Assembly: GCA_031292385.1 (NCBI GenBank)
Contig: JARLHE010000055.1
Location: 14,477-78,476 of the forward strand
Reading direction: 5' to 3'
Length of the DNA: 64,000 nt
Source of the DNA: Oligoflexia bacterium
Lineage (GTDB): Bacteria > Bdellovibrionota > UBA1018
A model generated the notes under the pieces. That model was not told where the DNA came from. It saw only the letters and a program-made list of their open reading frames with translations, and did no database searches. Made by a program: the position numbers and the translations under genes. Every line of letters starts with the position of its first letter. The stretch's first letter is position 1. Of the stretch, positions 43,723-53,300 are shown in pieces.

Positions 43723-45056
43723 GGATTGGGTCTTTCATCTGAATAGCGTTGGTAAAGAGCATTGTAAATCAAACGTTCCGACTGGGCTACAGCTTCTGCG
43801 GCTTGAGATAACTGCACTAATTTTTTAGGTCTCTCCAGCTCTCCAAAGGGCATCATTTGTTCGCCATCGAGGATTTGCCTAAAATGTGGGTCGCTTTGCA
43901 TAAGCTCCGCGCGTTTGCTCTCCATCGCCGGTAAAGCCTTGATCATAGATTGGACAAAATCAATCGTTTTCTCGGTAATATTAGGTTGCTTCAAAAGATT
44001 CTTGGACGAAGCGATCGTTTGATTTGGGTCAAGAAGCTGAGCTAGTTCAAAGGGTATCCCGTTAATTATCACCTTTTTAGTTAAGTAGGTCGTATCCTCG
44101 AGCATCATCTCTCTGAGATGCTTGTATTGGTAAACCTTTTGAAAAAGGTCCTGGACCGAGTCTGGAGGCGCACCATACAGGGCTGGCAGCAAACCTGTTA
44201 AAAGTTTAAGTTGGCTGTAAAAAGGGGTATCATTCTCTAGCTCGCAGGCCACGGTATTTGTGGGTAAATTTTGTGGGTCGCTTGAATCGATTATGATTTG
44301 AGAGTCAATTAAACTCAAAACATCCGCTGCTTCCTGCCCAGCGTATGTTGAAATTTCAGGAAACCCGTAAGGATCGGCTAACCTCGATTGAAGGTAACTT
44401 GATTCTAGCGAGAGTCCGGGCTTTAACGCGTTATTAAGGTTCTCTGCTGTCGATTGGTCACCGACTTGATCGGCCGGTGCTGCGGTAATCACGCAAGTTT
44501 TCGAGGACGAAAGCGCAAGGGTTGCGCCCGAGTAGCAACTCGCATCAATCACAGCCAGATGCACCCCGGCCTGCTCTGCGGCGTCACGCAAGGCCGTCAA
44601 CGACCCCACATCAAAACCCGGGCCGTAACTCGTCTCCACCCAGTGCAGACCAGTTGGATCAGGAGGGGCCCCATGAGAATCGATATCGATGAGAAGCTGA
44701 TCGCCACGGTGCATTTTTCCATTTTTAATGCCGCTAATAATTTGACGAAGCAGTGCCTGGGTCTCTGCGTTCGTAAACGGGCCTCCTTGGGCGCCGTATA
44801 GAGAGGCAATCATTGAATCGGTTTCGGAGTGTCCGCCGTCAAAGAGAGCGCTGCTTATGTAGCCCGCGCTTTTCAGTTTTCCAGCAAGTGTTTTGGCCGA
44901 CGCGTCAAATTGTGTTCCTGGTCCTGCCGAACTGTCGCCGCCTCCTAGAACCAGTGCATATCGGACGTTGACGGACCCATCGGCAGCAGCCGACGCTGAA
45001 AAAAGAAGAGCTAAGGCTAGAAGCGCGTTTTTAAGTTGAACCCGATACAGACGCAT
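43701..45056 (-). CDS. Secreted clan-CD (caspase / legumain-like) cysteine peptidase homolog with a helical C-terminal domain
   Basis: Signal peptide ALLALALLFSASAAA. His-Cys dyad context LLIDIDSHGAP ... VHLAVIDASCYSG matches the (S)HG ... D(A/S)C.SG pattern of clan CD enzymes. 451 aa. Confidence 0.65.
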   Translation of the reverse strand: MRLYRVQLKNALLALALLFSASAAADGSVNVRYALVLGGGDSSAGPGTQFDASAKTLAGKLKSAGYISSALFDGGHSETDSMIASLYGAQGGPFTNAETQALLRQIISGIKNGKMHRGDQLLIDIDSHGAPPDPTGLHWVETSYGPGFDVGSLTALRDAAEQAGVHLAVIDASCYSGATLALSSSKTCVITAAPADQVGDQSTAENLNNALKPGLSLESSYLQSRLADPYGFPEISTYAGQEAADVLSLIDSQIIIDSSDPQNLPTNTVACELENDTPFYSQLKLLTGLLPALYGAPPDSVQDLFQKVYQYKHLREMMLEDTTYLTKKVIINGIPFELAQLLDPNQTIASSKNLLKQPNITEKTIDFVQSMIKALPAMESKRAELMQSDPHFRQILDGEQMMPFGELERPKKLVQLSQAAEAVAQSERLIYNALYQRYSDERPNPCRDFKF

Positions 45057-45289
45057 ACCTGACTATTCGGAATTTTAATGAAATTTATTAGGCTGATAGG
45101 TCATCCTGGCCATTCGGCTCCAAAGCTAAGCCGATTCAGAATCAGCGACAAAAATCTGCTAGCCTTGATGACCTACAACTAAGAACGAATTTCAGCTCTG
45201 GTACCGGTCCCGGTTTGCTCGTAAAAAGAGAAGATCTGTGATTTCGTACAGTCGCTGAACTTATGCCTCAGTTTTAATGACCGGCATTC

Positions 45290-46426
45290 GTGAGGAACTC
45301 CGCACGCTGCTCTAGTTCCAACCAAGTGATTATTGCTTTGGCTTTATCGACTTTAGAAAACCCAGCTATTGCGCGATCGAGCGGTGACCTATTTAAGAGC
45401 AGTCTCAATGGCGTTATTAATTTATCAAGTAGCTTAACACCGGCTGAGCAGAGTTGTAGTTACACAACCACATCGTCTCCTGTGAATGGGAAGTTAATAT
45501 CGGATTCTTTCGTAAGCAATCTCTCGTGCGAAAAACTAACTAGGGATAATGTATTGACCTACCATCGTCCTGACGCGTTTGATTACCATCGCCAAATGGC
45601 CGATCAAAACGATGGTTGGCACTGTTGGGCGGCATCACTTGCGCAAAGGCGGTTGTTTTACCTCGCCCGCTTTGGAGTAGACGGTATTGCCCCTCTGAAG
45701 GACAGGCCTCAGGATTTGGATTATGCGCTCGATTTAATCAACGGCTCCGCCTACGAGCCCAACGGAGGCTCCGGCAAAAGAAGTATGGAACCGAGCTATA
45801 GTGATTTGCCCTACAGAGTCCTGCCTCTGAAAGATTCATCGCTTCAGTGCTACGAAAATCGGTGCATTGCTCCCGTAGGATCGCCATATTTTGAAGAGCA
45901 GTTTTCTAAGATTCAAGATCCGTACGCGAAAGCAAATTACCTCGAAGGGCGCTCGGTTTTTTTTCAGCCGCCGGACGACTATACAGCGATTGTAGAAGGA
46001 GTTCCGTCGGAGCGCCGCAACCGCGAGAGCGAGCTTACCTACTCGCAGATTTCTCGGTTTCTTAATCCCGCCGATATCGGCCTATTAATTCCGGAATCCA
46101 ACGTTGCCGCCCATAATGAAGCAGTATTGAAGATGATCGAGAAAAATATTAAGAAAGGACGAATCACGTTGGTGGTTTTCCATAACGGGTTGACCGAGAA
46201 TCACGTTTCCTTAATAAGCTCTATTCAAAATGGCCCAGACGGTTTGGATCTACAGGGCTACGACTCCAATAACCCGACAGGGGTGGGGGGATCGGACCCA
46301 CTCAAAGATGGCTTATTTAAGGGCAGTCCGTCCACTACCATGTTCATCAGGGATGAGGACGACATGGATAAGATTCAAAATGCTGAGTACGATTACTACC
46401 AGCACCTTTGCAGCCAGAAAAATTGA
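45290..46426 (+). CDS. Hypothetical protein, possible Cys-peptidase-like (378 aa)
   Basis: GTG start is uncertain (alternative GTG at 45326). DGWHCWAASLAQ resembles a papain-like nucleophile motif, and ENHVSLISS...GYDSNNP could supply the His and Asp/Asn. This is weak and judged by eye only. Confidence 0.45.
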   Translation: MRNSARCSSSNQVIIALALSTLENPAIARSSGDLFKSSLNGVINLSSSLTPAEQSCSYTTTSSPVNGKLISDSFVSNLSCEKLTRDNVLTYHRPDAFDYHRQMADQNDGWHCWAASLAQRRLFYLARFGVDGIAPLKDRPQDLDYALDLINGSAYEPNGGSGKRSMEPSYSDLPYRVLPLKDSSLQCYENRCIAPVGSPYFEEQFSKIQDPYAKANYLEGRSVFFQPPDDYTAIVEGVPSERRNRESELTYSQISRFLNPADIGLLIPESNVAAHNEAVLKMIEKNIKKGRITLVVFHNGLTENHVSLISSIQNGPDGLDLQGYDSNNPTGVGGSDPLKDGLFKGSPSTTMFIRDEDDMDKIQNAEYDYYQHLCSQKN

Positions 46427-46609
46427 TAAACCTTACTTGATTATTGGTCAGATAGCGCAGTCACTAGGCCGTTGCCAGGACAGATTCGCGACGTTTCTTG
46501 ACTTAGTCATCCACAAGGCACGGCTTATTAAGCCGGAAGTCCTGAAAACAGCTATTTTTACGTAATCGTTAAAGAACCCATGAGGCGATGAAGTCGCGGC
46601 GCTAGGACA

Positions 46610-47425
46610 TTACATTTTTATCCAATCAATCCCGAGATAAACAACCCGCTCTGCTCCCGATTCTTCCACTAACTTCCCGAGTTCAGAAATGACATCGAGA
46701 AGTAATGCACGAACTTTCGGTACATCCTTTTCTGAAATCGAAACAGGTGCGGTGAAGGCAAGATCGTCAGAATCCATTTTTTCCTGAAGATCGGCGGATT
46801 TTAGCCTCCAGTTTTGATGGTGACGAACGACTAATTCCGAACCTGCCTCGATATGAGTGTTCATCTTTGAGCGCTGGTAGCTCCCGTCGCGCTCTTGTTT
46901 ACAAAGGCCACGCGACACGAGGAAGTCGAGGATCTGGCGCACTCGCGAGGTTGATAAACCGAGATAACTTGAGATCGTTTCAACCGTTTGAAATTCGTCA
47001 ATGGACGTTAAGAGACGAACCAGGCCGTATTGCCAGCTTGAGTAAAAAATAGCCCGATCCTGCGTCGAGAGCTCGGTCGACTCGGGAACCCGACTCTTAG
47101 CCTCATTGGATTGAGCCCTGAGTTGGTGGAGCTGGCGCTTGAAGATCACTTTCAATTGCTCGGTCCCGGCCCTGTCAATTTGAACAAGCTTTATGAAATA
47201 ATCGGTCTCAAGCGCCTTAAACTTCATATAGGAGCAAAGGCGTGATGCCTGCTCCTCCGTCATGCTCTTGCTGCCACCCAATATTTGACTGAGGAGCGTC
47301 GTATGCATTTTTAGGTAAGCAGCTACCCTGCTTAGCTCTCCACGTCCCTGGATCTTGGCCCAAGCACGAATATATGCCCGGTAATCGTCTGTTACAAAAA
47401 GAGAAATATTCGATTGTTTACTCAT
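46610..47425 (-). CDS. DUF4423 / TIGR02147-family HTH protein
   Basis: DYRAYIRAWAKIQGRGELSRVAAYLKMHTTLLSQILGGSKSMTEEQ, plus the overall length, match my recollection of this family, which is expanded in Bdellovibrio and Fibrobacter. Confidence 0.65.
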   Translation of the reverse strand: MSKQSNISLFVTDDYRAYIRAWAKIQGRGELSRVAAYLKMHTTLLSQILGGSKSMTEEQASRLCSYMKFKALETDYFIKLVQIDRAGTEQLKVIFKRQLHQLRAQSNEAKSRVPESTELSTQDRAIFYSSWQYGLVRLLTSIDEFQTVETISSYLGLSTSRVRQILDFLVSRGLCKQERDGSYQRSKMNTHIEAGSELVVRHHQNWRLKSADLQEKMDSDDLAFTAPVSISEKDVPKVRALLLDVISELGKLVEESGAERVVYLGIDWIKM

Positions 47426-47532
47426 AGGTCAATTATAACTTACTTAATTATACTAGTTAAATCTTTCTGGTTTTTCCCTCCTATGACATCTTGCGGGCAA
47501 GTTTGACGCAATCATGCTAAGAGGAGCTTGCA

Positions 47533-48534
47533 ATGACGACTCTCAATCGAATGAGCATCTGGCTGAGTATTTCGGGACTTCTCGCAGGGGGCTTGGTTCA
47601 TGCCGCCGGGGGAATGGAAGGCGGCGGAGGCAAAGGTGTCCTGTGCGGACAGACTCTCCATGTCCTTGATCTCTACGAGGCTACTGCACTTTACTCGCTG
47701 ACGTTTCCGCACAGCTATCCAGATCTCAATACGGGTCTTTCGGTCTATGGAGCTCAGATTGCGGAATACTGGGCAACGGACTCTTCAGTTAATCCCAACG
47801 ATCTTTGGGTCCAATCTCAGGTATTGAGCAGCCTCCAAGAGCAAATTATATCGAAGTTTAGCGATATCGAGCCCGGCAGCCGACTTCAGCCCACAGACGA
47901 TGCAACCCTTCCCGCACTCCCGGATGGATGCTCTTTTGTTCAAATCGCGATTTATTCTGATGATGGACAGATTTATCGAGATCGGCAATACTGGGATCTG
48001 TTGAGCGTTCAAGATCAGGCCGCGTTGATTTTACACGAAACCATTTACCATCAGCTCAGAATCGATGGAGAAGAGAATTCAGACAAAATCAGGCGAGTCG
48101 TTGGACTGACATTTGCCGAACAGCTTCCAGAGCCCATTTTTAAGCCCATTTGGGATATCGAACCGAAAATGCGCTGCTTTGCCGCTCCAGCCAATCCACA
48201 GCCGGCGCAAGTGAATGAGCCTTACACATACCTTGCCTATGAGTTCTTCGTTACCCCCGACTCTCAGGATGGCGTAACGGGTGTTCGAATTTCTTTTAAG
48301 ACTTTTCAAAGCCTCCTTCAGATCGAGCGACTCTCGACATTTCTAGCGGGATTATCCACTGATGATTTCGTTAACAATCGAATTCCTTCCCTTGAAGCAC
48401 CAATTCAAGGGAGCCTATTCGGCGACGCTTGGAACATAGACCTCGGCACTCACGACGGTTCAATCCAAATTCGCTCGCTGCAGCCCGGTCAGGCTCAATC
48501 CGAGTTTCCACCAGTTACATGCGAAGCGATTTAA
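47533..48534 (+). CDS. Secreted hypothetical protein (333 aa)
   Basis: Signal peptide MSIWLSISGLLAGGLVHAAG followed by a GGMEGGGGKG stretch. No recognisable domain. Confidence 0.6.
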   Translation: MTTLNRMSIWLSISGLLAGGLVHAAGGMEGGGGKGVLCGQTLHVLDLYEATALYSLTFPHSYPDLNTGLSVYGAQIAEYWATDSSVNPNDLWVQSQVLSSLQEQIISKFSDIEPGSRLQPTDDATLPALPDGCSFVQIAIYSDDGQIYRDRQYWDLLSVQDQAALILHETIYHQLRIDGEENSDKIRRVVGLTFAEQLPEPIFKPIWDIEPKMRCFAAPANPQPAQVNEPYTYLAYEFFVTPDSQDGVTGVRISFKTFQSLLQIERLSTFLAGLSTDDFVNNRIPSLEAPIQGSLFGDAWNIDLGTHDGSIQIRSLQPGQAQSEFPPVTCEAI

Positions 48535-48563
48535 TTCATCCGCTTACCTAAAATAGAGGCCAT

Positions 48564-48860
48564 ATGAGTATTGGAAATCGGCTGAGGAAGCTCAGGACCG
48601 AAAATAGGTTCACCCTCAGCCAAGTCGCCCGCCAGGTGGGGGTGCCTGTCTCGACTTACCGGGATTGGGAATACGGAAAAGCGATCCAAGGAGAGCCTTA
48701 CGCGAAGCTCGCCCAAGCGTTCGGCGTCAGCATCGAAGAATTGCTTGGTGGGGAAAAAGCTCTCCAAAAGCCTGAAATGCGGTCCGACATCCTTGGGTTG
48801 TTGCTCAACGCGCGAAAAAACCTCGATTTGGCGATCGAAGTCGCTCGTGCGCTTTCATAG
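48564..48860 (+). CDS. XRE-family helix-turn-helix transcriptional regulator
   Basis: IGNRLRKLRTENRFTLSQVARQVGVPVSTYRDWEYG is a canonical Cro/C1-type HTH. Confidence 0.85.
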   Translation: MSIGNRLRKLRTENRFTLSQVARQVGVPVSTYRDWEYGKAIQGEPYAKLAQAFGVSIEELLGGEKALQKPEMRSDILGLLLNARKNLDLAIEVARALS

Positions 48861-48968
48861 TCGAATCCGCGCTTTTGATAATGCGCCGCATTAAGATAGT
48901 GGTATTCTGCGCCCCGAATGGAACTTGAACTCTGAACTGGATTTTAAATAAATAAAGGAAATAGAAAA

Positions 48969-49412
48969 ATGAAAAATAAAACCCTGCTTCTTGCTGTAAT
49001 GCTCGTCGGAATCGGATTGCAAGCCGAAAGCCCTGGCTTCGCGGCACCCGCCAACATCATCCCTGGCCAATACAGATGCGCCGAGGCTTCCTCGGGAATC
49101 TCAGGCCCCAGCATCACCATCGGCTCCGATCAGATTACCTTTACCGGCTTCCTCGACGTGGCGAGCGCCCATCAAGGCCAAGACGTCTTTTGGATCTCGG
49201 ATGGATTGGATTCCGACAACTCCGAGGCCTATATTTTGAAGCAGCCTGGCTTTCTGGGCATGGGCAGTGAAGAGACCGATTACAAAGTCGATGACGGCAT
49301 CCTCACGGGAGCGAGCTCCGGCTCACTGATCCTCAGCAATGCTCAAGGATCAGTCCCCACCGGCTCCCAGGCAAGCAACGACAGCGACGCCTACACCTGC
49401 ACCCGGAATTGA
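48969..49412 (+). CDS. Small secreted hypothetical protein (147 aa)
   Basis: Signal peptide MKNKTLLLAVMLVGIGLQA. An AGGAAA-type RBS region lies upstream. Confidence 0.6.
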   Translation: MKNKTLLLAVMLVGIGLQAESPGFAAPANIIPGQYRCAEASSGISGPSITIGSDQITFTGFLDVASAHQGQDVFWISDGLDSDNSEAYILKQPGFLGMGSEETDYKVDDGILTGASSGSLILSNAQGSVPTGSQASNDSDAYTCTRN

Positions 49413-49619
49413 CCTCTAGGCTTAGTGGATCGAGATCACCGCTATGTGTGGACGTTATTGTTGGCGATTTCGATCATCCGACTTCACGTTACTTAGCCTC
49501 GGCGGGCGCGGTTCCTGGCGGCAACCCAGCAAGAGGAGGGAGTGCTACCTATTCTTGCAGCAGAAATTAAATAGATCGATTTTAAATATTTCAAAAAAAT
49601 TAACCCATTAGGAGTTCTT

Positions 49620-49958
49620 ATGAAAAAACTAATCTGTACGATGGTCGCTCTTGTCGTCTGCTCATCTAGCGCTTTTGCTTACGTCAATTGCACTGCTAAT
49701 AAATATGACAACACCGGAGTGTCGCTCCAACTGAATCTTAACAAAGACGCCGACGGCTCGTATAGCTACGATGATACCAATGTCTCGATCACTGTGATTG
49801 ATCAACAAGAGAACGGCGTGAACCAAATCATGGCTGGCATTTATTCGAAAACGACCAAAGCGGGTTCACAGATAAATGCGCTTGATACTGTCAATACCAC
49901 TCTATCACTGGGCGACGCTCAAGGCACTCAATACACCCTGACTTGTTCGAAAGATTGA
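49620..49958 (+). CDS. Small secreted hypothetical protein (112 aa)
   Basis: AGGAG lies 7 nt upstream of the ATG. Signal peptide MKKLICTMVALVVCSSSAFA. Confidence 0.65.
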   Translation: MKKLICTMVALVVCSSSAFAYVNCTANKYDNTGVSLQLNLNKDADGSYSYDDTNVSITVIDQQENGVNQIMAGIYSKTTKAGSQINALDTVNTTLSLGDAQGTQYTLTCSKD

Positions 49959-50067
49959 TGCACGAAATCTCAAATCTAGCCAATGAAGGTCCACGATAGA
50001 ACCTCGAAGCGGAACAATAACCGTAGAACCATTACGAGAAAGACTAAATATTTCATACAATTAAAGA

Positions 50068-52974
50068 TTGTTCCGTATTTTTCCGAATAGTAATCTAATG
50101 GGCGGAGAAGATTTAAAAAATCAGAGAAATCATGTTGTGACTAAAGGCATTAAAGCTTTTCCTCTCATGCTTTTCTTTTGCTCTTCGCTTACTTATGCAG
50201 GTGTTGTTTATTCTTTACCGGCGACTGCGACAGACCTCGAAAGGATTGAGCTCCTTCAGGCGATTCAGAGGGAGTTTCCGGCTTTCTTGAAAAATGGGAC
50301 AGCATATGGCTTTGACCCATTCGCGGTACTCTCAGACCAACAGAAGCTCGTTGAAGTGTTGTCGGCTTTTCCCGACTATTCTCGGCTCATGGCGGAACGT
50401 CCGTCGCTTTTGCGTATCGAAATTCAAAAAAAGCTTTTAAAAACAACAATTACACAATTCGATCCCAATCGACTTCTTGCCTGGAAGGAACGTCTTGAGC
50501 AAACTTGCCGCTTATACCCGGACCCACAAGCTGCTTTGCTCGAAGCGCTGACTACGCTCAATAAGCGTTCTGCTGAGACAATGTTGAACGTGCTCATTGG
50601 AGGTCTTCCAGATGGGCAAAAAAGTAAGGCCTTTAGACAGCCAGGGTTTGACGCAAAGCTTTCTTTTTTGAAAAATTCCCCGGATATCCCGAGATCGATT
50701 GACCTCGATCTTCAAGAAATCAGAAGTGTCGCCCTTTTGGAGAATCGAATTCAGGAATTGACAACACTTTCGCTTTTTCTTCAAAGGGAACCCGGTGTCT
50801 GGCTAACAGGCGATGACGCGAACAATCGGGTCAGTAGCCTGAGCGAGTCTGATTTCAATGTCCTTCTGGATTTTAAGCACTTCATAAAAGATAGATTTGA
50901 TGCTTTGAATCGAGACATTGGACAACGTCAGCACCACACGGCATTGCGAATTTCGGTTGTTGAGAAAATCAATAAATACGCGAAGACTGTTTTGGGGGAT
51001 GCGACAATCGTCGAGGCTCAAGGTGGGCCTGCCAACCTTCGCCTGACAGAACTGCGACCCGTTGCTGGGATTTTTCGTGGATGCGCTGGTGGAGATTGCT
51101 CGACCAAGAATTCTTTTGCCGCGCCAAATAGTCCTGACGAACTCGTTTTTCATGTCACTGATGAGAAAGGCGAATCAAAAGGGTATTTGGAGGCGACCCG
51201 GGTCTTAGCAGAAGGCAAGCCTACCCTTTATGTCAGTAGCGTGAATGGACTAAGAATATCCGCATCGGATGTCGACTTACTACTGAACGGGCTTTACAAG
51301 GCCCGCGCACAAATCGGTTTCGAGCTGCTAGCGTTACCTACCTCAGGAAATATTGACGCCTTGATGAATTATAAGATCATCCAAGATAGAATGTATTCTC
51401 TGATCGCTAGTGCCAAGAAAGTCAAGCTCACCTTTACTGTAGAAGAAATCCGCAGACGAATTGAACAATTTAAGTCAAGTCATCTTTCGTCGAAATTCGA
51501 CCAAATGGAGAACAACAGGAACGCGCTGTTGTACAGCCCCTCCACTGATGATTTGAATGGAATCGAAACCGTAACGCACGAGATCGCGCCCCAGCCGATT
51601 CGGATCGCTCCGCTCACGGATAAGGCTGACTTACTCAGATTTGCGATTGAAATGAAAAGCAATGAAACGCTTTCTTTCGCGTTTGAGCGCGTGTTGAGCG
51701 CTCTCAGTGTTTCGCCCCAAGCTTGGGCTAAATTCATAGACATCCGGGCAAAAAACCCTGAACGCAAAACGGTAGCCGCGTTTGAGACGGAAATGAAGGC
51801 TAACCTCGCGCAACTTTTGAGAGAGTCTCACCCTGACCCAAAAGCCATAGAATCGATTTTTCTGCGAGTGGTCACTCCGGCGCAAGCATTAGAGGCACGT
51901 CTTGCATCCCCGGACCCGATTTCCGCTGACAATCTGGGAAGCACGATCCAGATGGCAGAGTCCATCATTGATGATCCTATCTTGACATATAGATCTGACG
52001 ACATTTTGGGTTATAACCGAATCAAGGGAAATCCGATTTTCGCGGACTCTCGCGCTACGCGCGTGAAACTCTTCGCTCTAGCGCTGAAACTTGAGCTGAA
52101 GTACGGCAAGGATTCCTCGATTCTGGCCGCAGCGTCGAAGATTGAAAAGACCTTAGGCATCGATCAGGGAGACTTGGCTCAGTTTAAAAGCTCCCCAGCC
52201 GCCGATAATCAGGAACTTAAACCAGTCTCAGTGTTTGACGAAGAAATGAGGAATCAGATAAAAATCCTCCTGCATGATCCAGGCTTGAGCCAAGAATCGG
52301 CGAAGCAGGCGCTTGATTTGCTTTTTAGTGGCACCACCCAAATGTACGCCCGTCTTTCCTGCCCGGACGCAGCCTCTTATGAAAACCTCGAAAGCACCCT
52401 TTCCTTGCTTGAAAGAGCAGTTGTTGAGCCGATTTTTAGCGCGGACAGCGTCACGCGATTCGGTGATGCTCTGGGCGACATTCTTCCCAAAATGCTTTCA
52501 GCCAAGTCCTCTGAAGCGGATCAGCGAAGACTTTTTGCCGTGCTCATGAGCTACTGGAAAAAGAATAGTCCCATGTTTCGAGAAAGAGCTTTGCCTGAAA
52601 AACTAGTTCGAGTCCTAAGAGCATATGATAAGCTGAATATCCCCTTGGACGACATCCTCGAGAGCCAGCTTGTTAGTACTGATGCATCGCAGAGGTTATG
52701 GGCCTTTAAGAAGCTGGGATCAGCCCGGACTTCTGCGCTCATCAGACAGCTAGAGCTGTGGAGAAAGAGAAATGTTGATTCGTTTTTATTGGAGCTACTA
52801 GTGCACGCGTCAGCCAGTAAGCTGATTGATGAAGCCGAATTAGAAATAATACTTCCGCATCTTGATCAATACCAGAAAGAGACTTATGCCAATGCTATCG
52901 GAAGGTATCCTTATTTCAAAAACGATTATCTACGATGTGTTGAATCTTCCCTTGATAAAGAATTAACGAAATAA
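50068..52974 (+). CDS. Large orphan secreted protein (about 950 aa)
   Basis: A long uninterrupted ORF in AT-rich DNA. Probable signal FPLMLFFCSSLTYAG, so the start may be ATG 50098 or later. Mostly helical-looking. The C-terminus resembles HEAT/ARM repeats (QRLWAFKKLGSARTSALIRQL). Contains the motif FRGCAGGDCSTKNSF...VFHV. Confidence 0.7.
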   Translation: MFRIFPNSNLMGGEDLKNQRNHVVTKGIKAFPLMLFFCSSLTYAGVVYSLPATATDLERIELLQAIQREFPAFLKNGTAYGFDPFAVLSDQQKLVEVLSAFPDYSRLMAERPSLLRIEIQKKLLKTTITQFDPNRLLAWKERLEQTCRLYPDPQAALLEALTTLNKRSAETMLNVLIGGLPDGQKSKAFRQPGFDAKLSFLKNSPDIPRSIDLDLQEIRSVALLENRIQELTTLSLFLQREPGVWLTGDDANNRVSSLSESDFNVLLDFKHFIKDRFDALNRDIGQRQHHTALRISVVEKINKYAKTVLGDATIVEAQGGPANLRLTELRPVAGIFRGCAGGDCSTKNSFAAPNSPDELVFHVTDEKGESKGYLEATRVLAEGKPTLYVSSVNGLRISASDVDLLLNGLYKARAQIGFELLALPTSGNIDALMNYKIIQDRMYSLIASAKKVKLTFTVEEIRRRIEQFKSSHLSSKFDQMENNRNALLYSPSTDDLNGIETVTHEIAPQPIRIAPLTDKADLLRFAIEMKSNETLSFAFERVLSALSVSPQAWAKFIDIRAKNPERKTVAAFETEMKANLAQLLRESHPDPKAIESIFLRVVTPAQALEARLASPDPISADNLGSTIQMAESIIDDPILTYRSDDILGYNRIKGNPIFADSRATRVKLFALALKLELKYGKDSSILAAASKIEKTLGIDQGDLAQFKSSPAADNQELKPVSVFDEEMRNQIKILLHDPGLSQESAKQALDLLFSGTTQMYARLSCPDAASYENLESTLSLLERAVVEPIFSADSVTRFGDALGDILPKMLSAKSSEADQRRLFAVLMSYWKKNSPMFRERALPEKLVRVLRAYDKLNIPLDDILESQLVSTDASQRLWAFKKLGSARTSALIRQLELWRKRNVDSFLLELLVHASASKLIDEAELEIILPHLDQYQKETYANAIGRYPYFKNDYLRCVESSLDKELTK

Positions 52975-53300
52975 AGCCCGAGTTCAACCATATTGGATAT
53001 CTAGAGTAGAATTTTATGCTGTGCATCGTTTTACATAAAGCCTGAATACTTAGATAGTTTTGAGTTCCTGGTCACTCATGCCCGCCCCGCTCGAACTACC
53101 CAGCGCTCGCGCCCGACAGTCGCCGGGCTGTGTTTTACTTAAAAGGTCGAGGACTTAAGCTCAAGCATTTGCTTAATGAGCAAAATTTTAAAAAAACGCG
53201 AGAAACATGAGCATTTTATTATTTGATTAAATTAATCAACATATGATATCAATTGCCGGCCTTGCAACTAAGCAGTATGTAAAGGCTACGGAGACTTAAA

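Noticed and set aside
47533-48534. Zinc metallopeptidase call based on LHETIYH
   Set aside because: The spacing is HExxxH, not the zincin HExxH, and no third ligand motif was identified. The protein is left as hypothetical.
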